From a bacterium (GTDB lineage Bacteria; Patescibacteriota; Minisyncoccia; Phycocordibacterales; CAIZLB01): DNA of 64,000 bases. Below, one piece after another: positions 1 through 9,741 of the stretch. The stretch lies in the NCBI GenBank assembly GCA_037127815.1, contig JBAXXP010000001.1, forward strand, positions 104,174 to 168,173, in the 5' to 3' direction. The translations under genes were made by a program, and so were the position numbers. The notes under the pieces are model-generated. The model was given only the letters and a program-made list of their open reading frames with translations, did no database searches and was not told the DNA's origin. The number at the start of each line of letters is the position of its first letter. Position 1 is the first letter of the stretch.

Positions 1-5
1 TGGAT

Positions 6-191
6 CTACCATGATGATTTTTTAATTCCTGGGATTCTGCCTTCGTTAGCAGCCTCTCTAAAGCAGATACGGCACATACCGAAGTCTCGCATGTAACCGT
101 GAACGCGACCGCATCTGAAACAACGTCTCACAATACGACTTGAGAACTTTGGTTTTTTGAGTGATCTTACGAATGTTGATGTTTTTGCCAT
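6..191 (-). CDS. rpsN: 30S ribosomal protein S14 (Zn-binding, short type)
   Basis: 61 aa, CFRCGR...MCRIC motif, C-terminal GIKKSSW; follows rplE. Confidence 0.98.
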   Translation of the reverse strand: MAKTSTFVRSLKKPKFSSRIVRRCFRCGRVHGYMRDFGMCRICFREAANEGRIPGIKKSSW

Positions 192-208
192 ATCTTTTGT
201 GTTTTTGA

Positions 209-237
209 ATCCTAGCAGTTTAATGCCCTAAAGTCAA
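209..237 (-). promoter_or_regulatory. sigma70-like internal promoter for rpsN
   Basis: minus strand TTGACT-N17-TAGGAT with extended TG. Confidence 0.55.
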
Positions 238-240
238 CGT

Positions 241-792
241 TTATTTAACGTCTTCCTTTCGGAACAAGAAGCCAAAATAATCCATTAATGCTTTAACCTC
301 GGCCTTGGTCTTAGCTGTTGTAACTAAAGTTACAGCAAATCCGAAAACATCCTTTAATTCCTCATCAGATGTCTCAGCAAACACTGTATGCTCCTTAATT
401 CCAAGAGTATAATTACCCATAGAATCAATAGCAGTAACTTTAATTCCTCTAAAGTCTCTTGTTCGAGGAAGTGCAACGTTTACCAATTTCTCGATAAAAC
501 TCCACATTCTCTCACCTCTTAAAGTAACTTGCCATCCTACAATGTCCCCCTCTCTAACCTTAAATGATGCAATAGATTTCTTAGCTGCTGTTTGAGTAGC
601 TTTTTGTCCTGCAATCTTTGTTAGACGGTCTCCAATCAAAGCCTTCTTCTTTGGATCTTTAATTGAACCTTGTGTTGCAGAAAGAACAACCTTCAATACC
701 TTTGGAGCTTGAAGCTTGTTTGTATATCCAAACTCACCCTTTAGGGTTTCGTATGTTTTTGCTGCTTTTTCTTTTACTGTTTGATGTTTCAT
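241..792 (-). CDS. rplE: 50S ribosomal protein L5
   Basis: AKKSIASFKVREG, LPRTRDFRG motifs; spc order. Confidence 0.98.
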   Translation of the reverse strand: MKHQTVKEKAAKTYETLKGEFGYTNKLQAPKVLKVVLSATQGSIKDPKKKALIGDRLTKIAGQKATQTAAKKSIASFKVREGDIVGWQVTLRGERMWSFIEKLVNVALPRTRDFRGIKVTAIDSMGNYTLGIKEHTVFAETSDEELKDVFGFAVTLVTTAKTKAEVKALMDYFGFLFRKEDVK

Positions 793-815
793 AATATTTC
801 TTTAATAATCAATAA

Positions 816-1115
816 CTATATTGCCTTCCCTGTCTTTCTATCTATTCTAACCTTCTTGTCTCCAATAACCTTACTTCCAACACGAGTTGGCTTACCGCCG
901 ACAACGATTGCAACGTTAGAAACATGAATTGGCATAGCAACCTCTACAATTTGGCCCTTTTGAGTACTACTTTTAGCACGCATATGCTTCTTTAGAAGGT
1001 TAATACCCTCAACGACAACTTTTGAGTCATCAGGAATAGCTCTGGCAACTTTTCCAGTTTTACCCTTATCTCTACCAGCTATCACTATTATGTTGTCTCC
1101 TTTCTTGATTTTCAT
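816..1115 (-). CDS. rplX: 50S ribosomal protein L24
   Basis: [21 protein letters not shown] motif; start moved to ATG at 1115. Confidence 0.97.
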   Translation of the reverse strand: MKIKKGDNIIVIAGRDKGKTGKVARAIPDDSKVVVEGINLLKKHMRAKSSTQKGQIVEVAMPIHVSNVAIVVGGKPTRVGSKVIGDKKVRIDRKTGKAI

Positions 1116-1154
1116 GTTTTTAAATTTATGTTGCAATTATTAATATTTTACGAT

Positions 1155-1523
1155 TTATACAACCTCCGCTGCTAAAGAAACGATTTTTTGATATTTTTCT
1201 GACAACTCTCTTGGAATTGGTCCGAAAACACGTCCTCCAAGTGGCTCACCCTTTGTCTTATCAATTAGAACAACTGCGTTCTCATCAAATCTAACATAAG
1301 AACCATCCTTTCTTCTGAAGGCCTTCTTTTGACGAACAACCACAGCGCGGTGAATGTCTTTCTTCTTTACAGGCTTTCTTGGCTCTGCTTTTTGGATTGA
1401 GATAACTACTATCTCTCCGATTTCAGCATATCTCTTTTTTGAAGATCCAAGAACCTTAAACACACGGCCTATCTTTCCGCCGGAGTTGTCTGCTATTGAA
1501 ACTATTGATCGTGGTTGTAACAT
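1155..1523 (-). CDS. rplN: 50S ribosomal protein L14
   Basis: ADNSGG, RRKDGSYVRFDENA, RVFGP. Confidence 0.98.
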   Translation of the reverse strand: MLQPRSIVSIADNSGGKIGRVFKVLGSSKKRYAEIGEIVVISIQKAEPRKPVKKKDIHRAVVVRQKKAFRRKDGSYVRFDENAVVLIDKTKGEPLGGRVFGPIPRELSEKYQKIVSLAAEVV

Positions 1524-1532
1524 ATTGGTAGA

Positions 1533-1802
1533 TTAAATTAACTTAAAGTGTTTATCCTTTGAGATTGGGCGACACTCGACAATCTCTACTTTGTCTCCGA
1601 TGTTCTTTGTGTTTCCAGCATCGTGAGCCTTGTACTTTTTGTGTGACTTAACATACTTATTGTACTTAGGAACCTTTGCATATTGTTGTACAGATACCAC
1701 AATAGTGTCTGTCATCTTATTTGAAGTCACAACACCAGCAAGCACTTTTTTATTTGATGCTACTGATTGAACTTCTTCTGTTGTATTAATTGTCTTTTTC
1801 AT
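1533..1802 (-). CDS. rpsQ: 30S ribosomal protein S17
   Basis: KKYKAHD, GDKVEIVECRPISKDK. Confidence 0.97.
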   Translation of the reverse strand: MKKTINTTEEVQSVASNKKVLAGVVTSNKMTDTIVVSVQQYAKVPKYNKYVKSHKKYKAHDAGNTKNIGDKVEIVECRPISKDKHFKLI

Positions 1803-1820
1803 AATTTATTTATATTGCAA

Positions 1821-2036
1821 TTATTTAACTGCTTTTTTAGCTTCAAGGATTCCAGCTTTAGTTTGTGTAGTTAATTCTGTAAGGATACGAGCAATATCCT
1901 TTCTTGTGTTACGTCCCTCTTTAACATTTCTAGATTTTGAACCTGCTCCGCTGAAACGGAAGGTCTGCAAAGAATCCTTTTTTTCATATAAGGTCTTCAT
2001 CAAATCTTTTCTGTTTTTATTTTTAAAATCGTTCAT
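1821..2036 (-). CDS. rpmC: 50S ribosomal protein L29
   Basis: RKDIARILT; position between rplP and rpsQ. Confidence 0.93.
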   Translation of the reverse strand: MNDFKNKNRKDLMKTLYEKKDSLQTFRFSGAGSKSRNVKEGRNTRKDIARILTELTTQTKAGILEAKKAVK

Positions 2037-2056
2037 TTCTTTATATTTAAATATTA

Positions 2057-2479
2057 TTATTGCTCTCTACTTACTACACGAATAGTAACTGGTAATTTTT
2101 TACCTGCCTTTATTAGGGCATCCTTTGCTATTGCCTCTGTTACACCATCAACCTCAAAAAGAATTCTTCCTGGTCTGATTTCCATGCAGAAACCTTTTGG
2201 ATCTCCCTTTCCTTTACCCATAGGTACCTCAGCAGCCTTTTGTGTAAAAGGTCTATCAGGAAATACTCTAGTCCACATACGTCCAGTTTTTCCAAGAGTT
2301 TTTGAAATAACCTTTCTAGCAGCTTCAATTTGGTTTGAAGTTATACGGTAAGGGCTAGTTGCCTTTAACCCATAAGAACCAAAACTAACATCAAGCCCAC
2401 GAGTTTCCACTCTAACCTTCTTTGGGTTTTGACGTTGTACTTGCCACTTTCTATGCTTTACTTTTTTTGGTGCTAACAT
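2057..2479 (-). CDS. rplP: 50S ribosomal protein L16
   Basis: QIEAAR, RVFPDRP, PMGKGKG. Confidence 0.98.
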   Translation of the reverse strand: MLAPKKVKHRKWQVQRQNPKKVRVETRGLDVSFGSYGLKATSPYRITSNQIEAARKVISKTLGKTGRMWTRVFPDRPFTQKAAEVPMGKGKGDPKGFCMEIRPGRILFEVDGVTEAIAKDALIKAGKKLPVTIRVVSREQ

Positions 2480-2496
2480 GGTAATATTTTAATTAA

Positions 2497-3153
2497 TTAT
2501 TTCTTGAAAACTTCACCCTTATAAATCCAGACCTTTATACCGATCTTTCCATAAGGTAAGTTGGCCTCGTAGTTCTTATAGTCAATATCTGCTCTAAGAG
2601 TTTGCAATGGAATTTGTCCTTTCTTAAGACTTTCTGTTCTTGCCATTTCTGCACCCCCAAGACGACCTGTCATATAAACTCTTACTCCCTTAACCTCTCT
2701 ACACATCATAACCTTCTCAACCATTTGCTTCATAACACGTCTAAATGGCATACGCTTCTCAAGACCTTCAGCAAGCATTTGTGCAACGATAGGAGCACTT
2801 GATTCTGGTGATCTAACTTCTTCTATTTCTAGTTTAAGTAATGTTGTTACATCTTCACCATTCTTTCTCAAGAATTTCTCAACCTCTTTCTTAAGCTTTG
2901 TAGCTCCTTCACCATTTCTTCCGATTATGATTCCTGGGCGTGATGTTTTAATAATCAAACGAAATGTTTTGTCATTTCTTTCAATTTCAATATCTGAAAC
3001 ATATTGTCCACGCATCTTCTTTTGTAGCCATTCTCTTACAAGAATATCGCACTTAAGGTTACTACGGAATTTTGCATCAGTTGAAAACCATCGAGATTTC
3101 CAGTCTCTGATAATTCCTAGTCTATGTGCATATGGGTGAACTTTATGTGTCAT
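2497..3153 (-). CDS. rpsC: 30S ribosomal protein S3
   Basis: HKVHP..RLG, RPGIIIG, PLQTLRADIDY. Confidence 0.98.
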   Translation of the reverse strand: MTHKVHPYAHRLGIIRDWKSRWFSTDAKFRSNLKCDILVREWLQKKMRGQYVSDIEIERNDKTFRLIIKTSRPGIIIGRNGEGATKLKKEVEKFLRKNGEDVTTLLKLEIEEVRSPESSAPIVAQMLAEGLEKRMPFRRVMKQMVEKVMMCREVKGVRVYMTGRLGGAEMARTESLKKGQIPLQTLRADIDYKNYEANLPYGKIGIKVWIYKGEVFKK

Positions 3154-3170
3154 ACTAATTTATTATATTA

Positions 3171-3629
3171 TTATTTGTTATCTTTTTTAGATTCCTTTAC
3201 GACTTCAACCTTTGGAGTTGTTTTTGAAACTGCTTTAACAGCTGTTTTTGTCTTTTCATCTTTAGATGCTTTTGCAACTGCCTTTGTAGCTACAGGAGCA
3301 ACGCCACCCTCAGAAAGGATTATTGATACATGACTTGAACGCTTGTTGATTCTTGAAGCTGACCCACGAGCGCGAGGCATACTTCTTTTTAGAACTCTAC
3401 CTTTGTTTACTTGTATTTCTTGGATCTTAAGAGACTCAAGATTTGTTACTCCAACATTTTTTGCATTAGCAACAGCACTCTCTAATAGTTTACCTATTGG
3501 AAGAGAAGCTCTTTTGTTTGCAAACTTTAAAGCAACACGGGCTTGTGCAACAGTTTTACCACGGATTAACCCAGCCACTAGGGCTACCTTTCTTGGTGAT
3601 TGTCTATAATTACTTAAAATTGCTTTCAT
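3171..3629 (-). CDS. rplV: 50S ribosomal protein L22 with Lys/Ala-rich C-terminal tail
   Basis: SPRK, SAVANA, PRARGSA. Confidence 0.97.
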   Translation of the reverse strand: MKAILSNYRQSPRKVALVAGLIRGKTVAQARVALKFANKRASLPIGKLLESAVANAKNVGVTNLESLKIQEIQVNKGRVLKRSMPRARGSASRINKRSSHVSIILSEGGVAPVATKAVAKASKDEKTKTAVKAVSKTTPKVEVVKESKKDNK

Positions 3630-3649
3630 GACTTTGACTTATTATTAAA

Positions 3650-4000
3650 TTATTTCTTTTTAGCTGGAGCTGCTGTTGTCGCCTTAGCTGACTTAGCTGC
3701 GGTTATTTCTGACTGCTTCTTTGCAGCATCAAGTTCCTTCTGCATCTTTCCTCCATGTCTAACGAACTTTCTTGTTGGTGAAAATTCTCCCAATCTGTGA
3801 CCTACCATTTCCTCTGTTACAAGAACTTCAACATGAGTCTTTCCATTGTGTACACCGAAGATAAACCCAACCATTTCTGGTGAGATTTGACTTCCTCTGT
3901 ACCAAGTCTTAATTACCCCAGTTGTCTGAGGGTTTTTGCCTTCTATCTTCTTTAGAAGTTTTGGGGCTATATATGGTCCTTTTTTTAGTGATCTTGTCAT
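3650..4000 (-). CDS. rpsS: 30S ribosomal protein S19
   Basis: [25 protein letters not shown]. Confidence 0.98.
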   Translation of the reverse strand: MTRSLKKGPYIAPKLLKKIEGKNPQTTGVIKTWYRGSQISPEMVGFIFGVHNGKTHVEVLVTEEMVGHRLGEFSPTRKFVRHGGKMQKELDAAKKQSEITAAKSAKATTAAPAKKK

Positions 4001-4042
4001 TGTTTGTGTGAAAATAATAGCCCGTGTTGAGCCAGTTAACGT

Positions 4043-4070
4043 ATACTAGCAAAAATAATGAAAGTGTCAA
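4043..4070 (-). promoter_or_regulatory. sigma70-like promoter restarting the S10 cluster at rpsS
   Basis: TTGACA-N16-TAGTAT with extended TG. Confidence 0.65.
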
Positions 4071-4255
4071 CCACTAAAAGGCTTATTTTAGGCATTTCGA
4101 TACTATTATTGTAAAGATTATGGTCTAATTTGGGTTTTTGACTAAAATGGCCAAATTTTGATGTTTTTTTTGCCGTTTTTTTTACTGTTTCTATTAACAA
4201 TAATTTATAGAAAATTAGTAATTATATATAAATTATTCATCATAAGGGGGAGTGA

Positions 4256-4284
4256 AGGCTCGGCGGGGTAACCCCGCCGAGCCT
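4256..4284. repeat. GC-rich palindrome, copy 1 (terminator or REP-like)
   Basis: AGGCTCGGCGGGG-TAA-CCCCGCCGAGCCT, 13-bp stem just downstream of 4299-4739; near-identical copy at 4870. Confidence 0.85.
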
Positions 4285-4298
4285 AAATAAATTGCCGA

Positions 4299-4739
4299 TC
4301 AAGATACGCTTTTAAACGCTTCGATTTCAGCTTCTGCAATAATGAACCGCTGCTCATAACAACGAAGTCTTTCCCACATTGGAAGTAATACAATTGAAGG
4401 ATGGTCCTCTCTAAATTGCTGCCAAAGTGGAGTAAATTCCCAAAAATGGAGCAGGTGCTGAATCTCCTTTAGAGTTACCCCATTTTCCTTATAAAACTTT
4501 TCTACAATCAGATTTTGCTTTACCTGATCTCTAGTCCCAGAGAGCTTTTGACTTGCAAAATAAAGGTTTTCTAACATCTCAACTTTTTTCCTAATTGGCA
4601 CTTCAAGATCAAGGATGCAGGAATCAGCTTCTTGAATATTAACCCAAAAAGCAAGTCTTTCCTCCGGAATACTGTTAACATCCCAAATCTGATACAAAAC
4701 ACGAAAAAATCGAGCTTTAGACATATCTAAAAATTTCAT
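4299..4739 (-). CDS. hypothetical protein, paralog of 4931-5356
   Basis: own promoter and 3' hairpin; shares LYQIW.V...P.ER.AF, KFY.E.GV and LP..ERL..[YF]EQR[FY]I with its neighbour. Confidence 0.8.
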   Translation of the reverse strand: MKFLDMSKARFFRVLYQIWDVNSIPEERLAFWVNIQEADSCILDLEVPIRKKVEMLENLYFASQKLSGTRDQVKQNLIVEKFYKENGVTLKEIQHLLHFWEFTPLWQQFREDHPSIVLLPMWERLRCYEQRFIIAEAEIEAFKSVS

Positions 4740-4819
4740 ATTTTTGAGGGTGAGAGGTTGATACTTTGGATTTGACCCGTTTGGTCGATAGAAGGAGCAG
4801 ATTTTGCACTCCGTACTTT

Positions 4820-4847
4820 ATTTTATAACGCCATGCAGTTTTGTCAA
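4820..4847 (-). promoter_or_regulatory. promoter of 4299-4739
   Basis: TTGACA-N16-TAAAAT. Confidence 0.65.
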
Positions 4848-4869
4848 AATTTAAAAGACTCATATATTA

Positions 4870-4902
4870 AAAGGCTCGGCGGGGTTCCCCCGCCGAGCCT
4901 TT
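4870..4902 (-). terminator. GC-rich palindrome, copy 2 (probable terminator)
   Basis: AAAGGCTCGGCGGGG-loop-CCCCGCCGAGCCTTT, short U-tract on minus strand. Confidence 0.8.
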
Positions 4903-4930
4903 GCTAAAACTTCAAATCTTAGTATACAAA

Positions 4931-5356
4931 TCACGATAATCCGTCGGCAAACTCACTGTAGATATAACGCTGTTCAAACCTTTCCAGACGCTCCAAAGGA
5001 GGCAGATCTGCAACAGATACGTAATCCAAGAGGTAGTTCTTGAAAGGAAGGTTAGACTCCCAATAACGCAAGCGGAAAGCTGGATCTGGTCCAACACCAT
5101 GTTCCCAGTAGAACTTGTCGCTAAAGAGCCCCCTTTCACTGGTATAGCTACCCCAATCTTCTTCACCAATATGAAAAGCTTCCAATGATTGTAACTGAAT
5201 CTCCTTTGGCAAGCCTTCAATGTTTCCTCCTACAGGCCCAAAAAATTTATCGAGAAAAGCCATTCTTTCGTCTGGTGTTGGGCCGACTCCCCAAATTTGA
5301 TAAAGATTATTCAAGTACTCATTGCGCCCGGTCTTTACTGAACTTAACTCTTTCAT
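4931..5356 (-). CDS. hypothetical protein, paralog of 4299-4739
   Basis: shared motifs with 4299-4739; internal two-fold repeat (GVGP twice). Confidence 0.8.
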   Translation of the reverse strand: MKELSSVKTGRNEYLNNLYQIWGVGPTPDERMAFLDKFFGPVGGNIEGLPKEIQLQSLEAFHIGEEDWGSYTSERGLFSDKFYWEHGVGPDPAFRLRYWESNLPFKNYLLDYVSVADLPPLERLERFEQRYIYSEFADGLS

Positions 5357-5435
5357 AGTTTTGTGTTTTTGAGGTTTGTGTACTTATTCAGCGGTCAGAT
5401 GACCTATGTAAGGATGCTATTTGCACTCCTACTTT

Positions 5436-5463
5436 AGACTACACTCCTTAAAAATTTTGTCAA
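5436..5463 (-). promoter_or_regulatory. promoter of 4931-5356
   Basis: TTGACA-N16-TAGTCT. Confidence 0.6.
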
Positions 5464-5472
5464 AAACAGACA

Positions 5473-5506
5473 AACAAAAAACCCGCATTTCTGCGGGGTT
5501 TTTGTT
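5473..5506 (-). terminator. intrinsic terminator after rplB
   Basis: CCCGCA/TGCGGG stem flanked by A and T tracts. Confidence 0.8.
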
Positions 5507-5540
5507 ATTAAGACCAGCCTTCTGCTAATCAAACAAAATA

Positions 5541-6383
5541 TTATCTTCTCTTTCCTACCTTTCTTCTTGTAACAATATGTTTGTTTGAGTACTTCTTTGC
5601 GCGTCTTGATTTTTGTCCCTTTCCAGTTGGCTTTCCGTAGATAGAAATAGCACGTCTTCGTCCTCTTCCTTGTCTACCTTCTCCTCCTCCATGGGGGTGA
5701 TCAACTGGGTTCATGGCAGTACCTCTAACTGTAGGTCTGATACCACGGTGTCTACTAGCTCCAGCTTTTCCGATATTTTGCAAACGATTTTCATCATTTG
5801 AAACCTCTCCAATTGAAGCCCATGCAGTTTCTAGTATCTTTCTAACTTCAGTTGATGGCATCTTAACAAGGGCGTAACCCGCGTCATGAGCAATAACTTC
5901 AGCAAAAGAACCAGCTGAACGAACAAGCTTAGCACCTCCTTCAAATTTCAATTCTATGTTGTAAACAAATGTTCCAACAGGAATGTTCTTTAATGGAAGT
6001 CTGTTACCTGCTTTTACTTCAACCTTCTCGCCAACGATAAACTTATCTCCAACTTTTAGTGACTTTGGCAAAACGACGTATCGCTTTTCTCCATCAGTAT
6101 AAGTTACGAGAGAAATAAATGATGTACGGTTTGGATCGTATTCAATTGTTTCGATCTTTGCAGGAATATCTTTCTTGTCATACTTAAAGTCTATTTGACG
6201 ATAAAGTCTTTTGTGACCTCCACCTTTGTGTCTAGTTGTAATACGTCCAGTGTTGTTACGTCCTGATCCACGTCTAAACCCGTTTGTAAGGGGCTTGTAT
6301 GGCTCGTCAGTAGTAAGAATCTGAGCGTAATTAACGATAGCCATGTTTCGGCGTGAGGGGCTTGTTGGGTTAAATCTTTTCAT
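5541..6383 (-). CDS. rplB: 50S ribosomal protein L2
   Basis: IEYDPNR, RPTVRG.AMNPVDHPHGGGEG. Confidence 0.99.
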   Translation of the reverse strand: MKRFNPTSPSRRNMAIVNYAQILTTDEPYKPLTNGFRRGSGRNNTGRITTRHKGGGHKRLYRQIDFKYDKKDIPAKIETIEYDPNRTSFISLVTYTDGEKRYVVLPKSLKVGDKFIVGEKVEVKAGNRLPLKNIPVGTFVYNIELKFEGGAKLVRSAGSFAEVIAHDAGYALVKMPSTEVRKILETAWASIGEVSNDENRLQNIGKAGASRHRGIRPTVRGTAMNPVDHPHGGGEGRQGRGRRRAISIYGKPTGKGQKSRRAKKYSNKHIVTRRKVGKRR

Positions 6384-6414
6384 ATAATTTATTTTACTTT
6401 GCGTTTCACGCTGA

Positions 6415-6711
6415 TTATGCTAGGTCTATTTTATCGCCTTTCTTTAAGAAAACATAAGCTTTCTTAATAGCACTTTTCTTTCCGACCTTTCCGCGAACGA
6501 ATACTGCCTTTGCAGGAGTATTAACGATGTTAACTTTTACAGGTTTTACCTTGTATAGCGCTTCAATAGATTTAGCTATAGATGCTTTAGTAGACCTTGG
6601 AGTAACTTCAAAGACGTATTGGTTTTCACCAGCCTTTACAGTTGCCTTTTCAGTAATACGAGGGCACTTTATAACTTCCAATTGATGCTTCTTGATTGAT
6701 ATCTTTGTCAT
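6415..6711 (-). CDS. rplW: 50S ribosomal protein L23
   Basis: PRITEKA, YVFEV, KKAYV. Confidence 0.97.
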   Translation of the reverse strand: MTKISIKKHQLEVIKCPRITEKATVKAGENQYVFEVTPRSTKASIAKSIEALYKVKPVKVNIVNTPAKAVFVRGKVGKKSAIKKAYVFLKKGDKIDLA

Positions 6712-6734
6712 AGCTTTTTTATTTAGGGTGTTGG

Positions 6735-7487
6735 TTACTTTATTTTTGACATAAGAGTAACAAACGCGTCTTCAGGTGAAGCAATGACCAAGTACTTATG
6801 CTGAAGAAGCGATATTGGATTAATATTTCGGAGCTCTGAAATTTCGAAGCTTCCTAGATTAGAAAATCCTCGCTTTACATTTTCTTCAAGCGCTGGAACT
6901 GTAATAAGAGCAGCATTTTTCTTCTTTGTTGCTAACTTATCAAAGCCCTTAACGTTTGAGAGTCTATCTATCATAGCTAACGCAAGTTTTGTCTTAGGTT
7001 CAACTAATTCTAGATTTTTGACGAAGAGGATCTCACCATCTCTCCACTTTGCGGAAAGAATTGTAAATAGTGCCTTAGCCTTCATTTTCTTGTTCACTTT
7101 TCTGTCGTAATTTTTCTCTTTACGAGGTCCGTGAGCAACACCTCCACCTACCCAGATTGGAGAACGAGATGATCCGTGACGGGCTTGTCCGGTACCTTTT
7201 TGCTTCCAAGGTTTTTTACCACCTCCAGCAACCTCGCTTCTATCTTTTGTATGTGCAAGTGGTTGTCTCGCAGCTGAACGTATTGAGTTTACAACTTGAG
7301 CGACAAGATCTGCGTTCCAAGGAATTCCGAAGATTTCCTTTGGAAGAGCTACAGTGCCAGCACTATTACCTCCCACATCGTAAATAGTTCCTTCTAGAGG
7401 AGCTACTACTTTCTCTTTTTTAGCTTTTACTACTTTCTCTGTCTTTGCGACTTTGATTGCAGCTGCTTTTCTTGATGTTTGTGCCAT
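6735..7487 (-). CDS. rplD: 50S ribosomal protein L4 with basic N-terminal extension
   Basis: GGGKKPWKQKGTG.AR.GS.RSP. Confidence 0.98.
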   Translation of the reverse strand: MAQTSRKAAAIKVAKTEKVVKAKKEKVVAPLEGTIYDVGGNSAGTVALPKEIFGIPWNADLVAQVVNSIRSAARQPLAHTKDRSEVAGGGKKPWKQKGTGQARHGSSRSPIWVGGGVAHGPRKEKNYDRKVNKKMKAKALFTILSAKWRDGEILFVKNLELVEPKTKLALAMIDRLSNVKGFDKLATKKKNAALITVPALEENVKRGFSNLGSFEISELRNINPISLLQHKYLVIASPEDAFVTLMSKIK

Positions 7488-7516
7488 AAATTTAATTTAA
7501 GGTTAAGATAATTGTG

Positions 7517-8116
7517 CTAGGCGCGCACTTCTACTAATGTGCCTCTTCGACCAGGAACTGCCCCGCGAATAAATAATTCGCCGGTTTCCTTATTGTATGA
7601 AATAACAGTTAGATTTTTAACGGTTATTCTATCACCACCCATACGGCCTGCCATACGTGTACCTTTAAATACACGTTGGTAACCTCCGGCACCGATAGAA
7701 CCTGGCTCGCGCTCACTGTGCTTTTGACCGTGAGAACGTGGGCCTCCGTGAAATCCATGGCGTTTTACAACACCCTGAAATCCCTTTGATTTTGAAATAG
7801 CTGACACCTCCACTTTTTCCCCAGGAGTAAGTTCTGGAGTAACGTCATCACCAATTGATGAATCCTTTAAACCAGAAATTTCTCTTAGGTATTGGAAATT
7901 ACCAAGATCTTTCATCTGTCCTTTTTGTGGCTTGTTAATACGACGTGGACTTTTTGAACCAAATCCAATCTGAACAGCCTCATAACCATCTTTATCTGTA
8001 GTTTTAACTTGCGTTACAACCATAGGAGAGGTTTTAAGAACTGTGACAGGGTGGACATTGCCTTTTTCATCAAAAAGCTGAGTCATATTCTGTTTTGTTC
8101 CGAGAATAAATTTCAT
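7517..8116 (-). CDS. rplC: 50S ribosomal protein L3
   Basis: DGYEAVQ, KGFQGVVKRH, MAGRMG. Confidence 0.98.
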   Translation of the reverse strand: MKFILGTKQNMTQLFDEKGNVHPVTVLKTSPMVVTQVKTTDKDGYEAVQIGFGSKSPRRINKPQKGQMKDLGNFQYLREISGLKDSSIGDDVTPELTPGEKVEVSAISKSKGFQGVVKRHGFHGGPRSHGQKHSEREPGSIGAGGYQRVFKGTRMAGRMGGDRITVKNLTVISYNKETGELFIRGAVPGRRGTLVEVRA

Positions 8117-8149
8117 GATAGTTTGGGGGATTCACTGAAGAAAGTAAAA

Positions 8150-8503
8150 CTACATCATTTTTACGTCGATATTCACACCTGATGGCAGACTCAAGTTAGT
8201 TAGAGCTTCAATCACCTTTGCATTTGGATTGATGATATCAATCAGACGCTTGTGTGTTCTCATCTCAAATTGCTCACGTGAATTTTTGAAAATAAACGAT
8301 GAACGATTTACTGTATATTTCTTGATTTCTGTAGGAAGTGGAATAGGACCCACGATAGTAGCATCAAATCTTAGAGCTGTATCCATAATTTGTTTAATGG
8401 ATGCATCAATGATTTTTGACTCATACGCACGAACACGTATACGTAGTCTTGATACGCTATCTTCTTTTGCAGTTTTCTTTTTATGTGCTTCTTTTATTGC
8501 CAT
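8150..8503 (-). CDS. rpsJ: 30S ribosomal protein S10
   Basis: GPIPLPT, SREQFEMRTHKRLIDI. Confidence 0.98.
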   Translation of the reverse strand: MAIKEAHKKKTAKEDSVSRLRIRVRAYESKIIDASIKQIMDTALRFDATIVGPIPLPTEIKKYTVNRSSFIFKNSREQFEMRTHKRLIDIINPNAKVIEALTNLSLPSGVNIDVKMM

Positions 8504-8547
8504 AATGGCGGTTTTTTTAATAGTTTCTGAGTAAAATTCAACTAGAG

Positions 8548-9741
8548 TTAGGCTACGATCTTAGTTACAACGCCGGCTCCTACAGTTCTACCTCCCTCGC
8601 GAATAGCGAATCTTGTATTGTCTTCAAGAGCAATTGGGGCTACCAATTTAACCTTGAAAGTAACTGTATCACCAGGCATAACCATGTCTACGCCCTCCTT
8701 TAGAGTAACCTCTCCTGTTACGTCAGTTGTACGTACGTAGAACTGAGGTTTGTAACCTGAGAAGAATGGAGTGTGTCGACCGCCTTCTTCCTTCTTAAGG
8801 ATATAGACTTCTGCTTCAAAATCTGTATGTGGCTTAACTGATCCTGGCTTTGCTAGAACTTGACCTCTTGCAAGATCATCCTTCTTAACACTTCTTAGTA
8901 GAATACCAGCGTTGTCTCCAGCTTGACCTTCTGACAATTGCTTGTTGAACATTTCAATACCTGTAACAACTGTTTTTTGAGTATCATGTAGTCCGATGAT
9001 TTCAATTTCTTCACCGATCTTGATTATACCTTTTTCAATTTTACCTGTAACAACTGTTCCTCTTCCTTCAATTGAGAAAATATCTTCAATAGGCATAAGG
9101 AAAGGCTTATCAGTCTCTCTAACTGGTTGTGGAATATAGTTATCTAGAGCGTCAACTAATTCAAGAACCTTCTTTGACCATTCATCATCAATACCTGGAG
9201 CTTCAAGTGCCTTAAGCGCTGAACCTCTGATAACTGGTGCATCTTCGTCAAATCCGTTCTTTGCTAGAAGCTCTCTGATTTCTGCCTCAACTAGGTCAAG
9301 CATGTCTGCATCATCAACCATGTCACACTTGTTCATGAATACAACAATCTTTGGAACACCAACTTGCTTTGCAAGTAGAACGTGCTCGCGAGTTTGTGGC
9401 ATAGGTCCGTCAGTAGCAGCAACAACCAAGATTGCGCCGTCCATTTGAGCAGCTCCTGTGATCATGTTCTTGATGTAGTCGGCGTGGCCTGGTGCATCAA
9501 TGTGAGCATAGTGTCTTGCGTTTGTAGTGTACTCACTGTGTGAAAGTGAAATTGTAATACCACGAGCCTTTTCCTCTGGGGCCTTGTCAATATCTCCGAT
9601 TGACTTAATTGTAGCCTTCATACCTGCTCTGTTAAGAACATTAAGAATAGCTGCAGTTAATGTAGTCTTTCCGTGATCAACGTGTCCAATTGTACCCACG
9701 TTAACGTGAGGCTTTGAACGATCAAAAATTTCTATTGCCAT
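8548..9741 (-). CDS. tuf: elongation factor Tu
   Basis: [32 protein letters not shown]. Confidence 0.99.
   Translation of the reverse strand: MAIEIFDRSKPHVNVGTIGHVDHGKTTLTAAILNVLNRAGMKATIKSIGDIDKAPEEKARGITISLSHSEYTTNARHYAHIDAPGHADYIKNMITGAAQMDGAILVVAATDGPMPQTREHVLLAKQVGVPKIVVFMNKCDMVDDADMLDLVEAEIRELLAKNGFDEDAPVIRGSALKALEAPGIDDEWSKKVLELVDALDNYIPQPVRETDKPFLMPIEDIFSIEGRGTVVTGKIEKGIIKIGEEIEIIGLHDTQKTVVTGIEMFNKQLSEGQAGDNAGILLRSVKKDDLARGQVLAKPGSVKPHTDFEAEVYILKKEEGGRHTPFFSGYKPQFYVRTTDVTGEVTLKEGVDMVMPGDTVTFKVKLVAPIALEDNTRFAIREGGRTVGAGVVTKIVA

Noticed and set aside
4912-5220. Alternative-frame 102-aa ORF
   Set aside because: Overlaps 4931-5356, which is supported by paralogy
4740-5435. c-di-GMP-I (GEMM) riboswitch or a small ribozyme in the duplicated leaders
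   Set aside because: GCAAA is present, but the GNRA/receptor layout and catalytic cores are not
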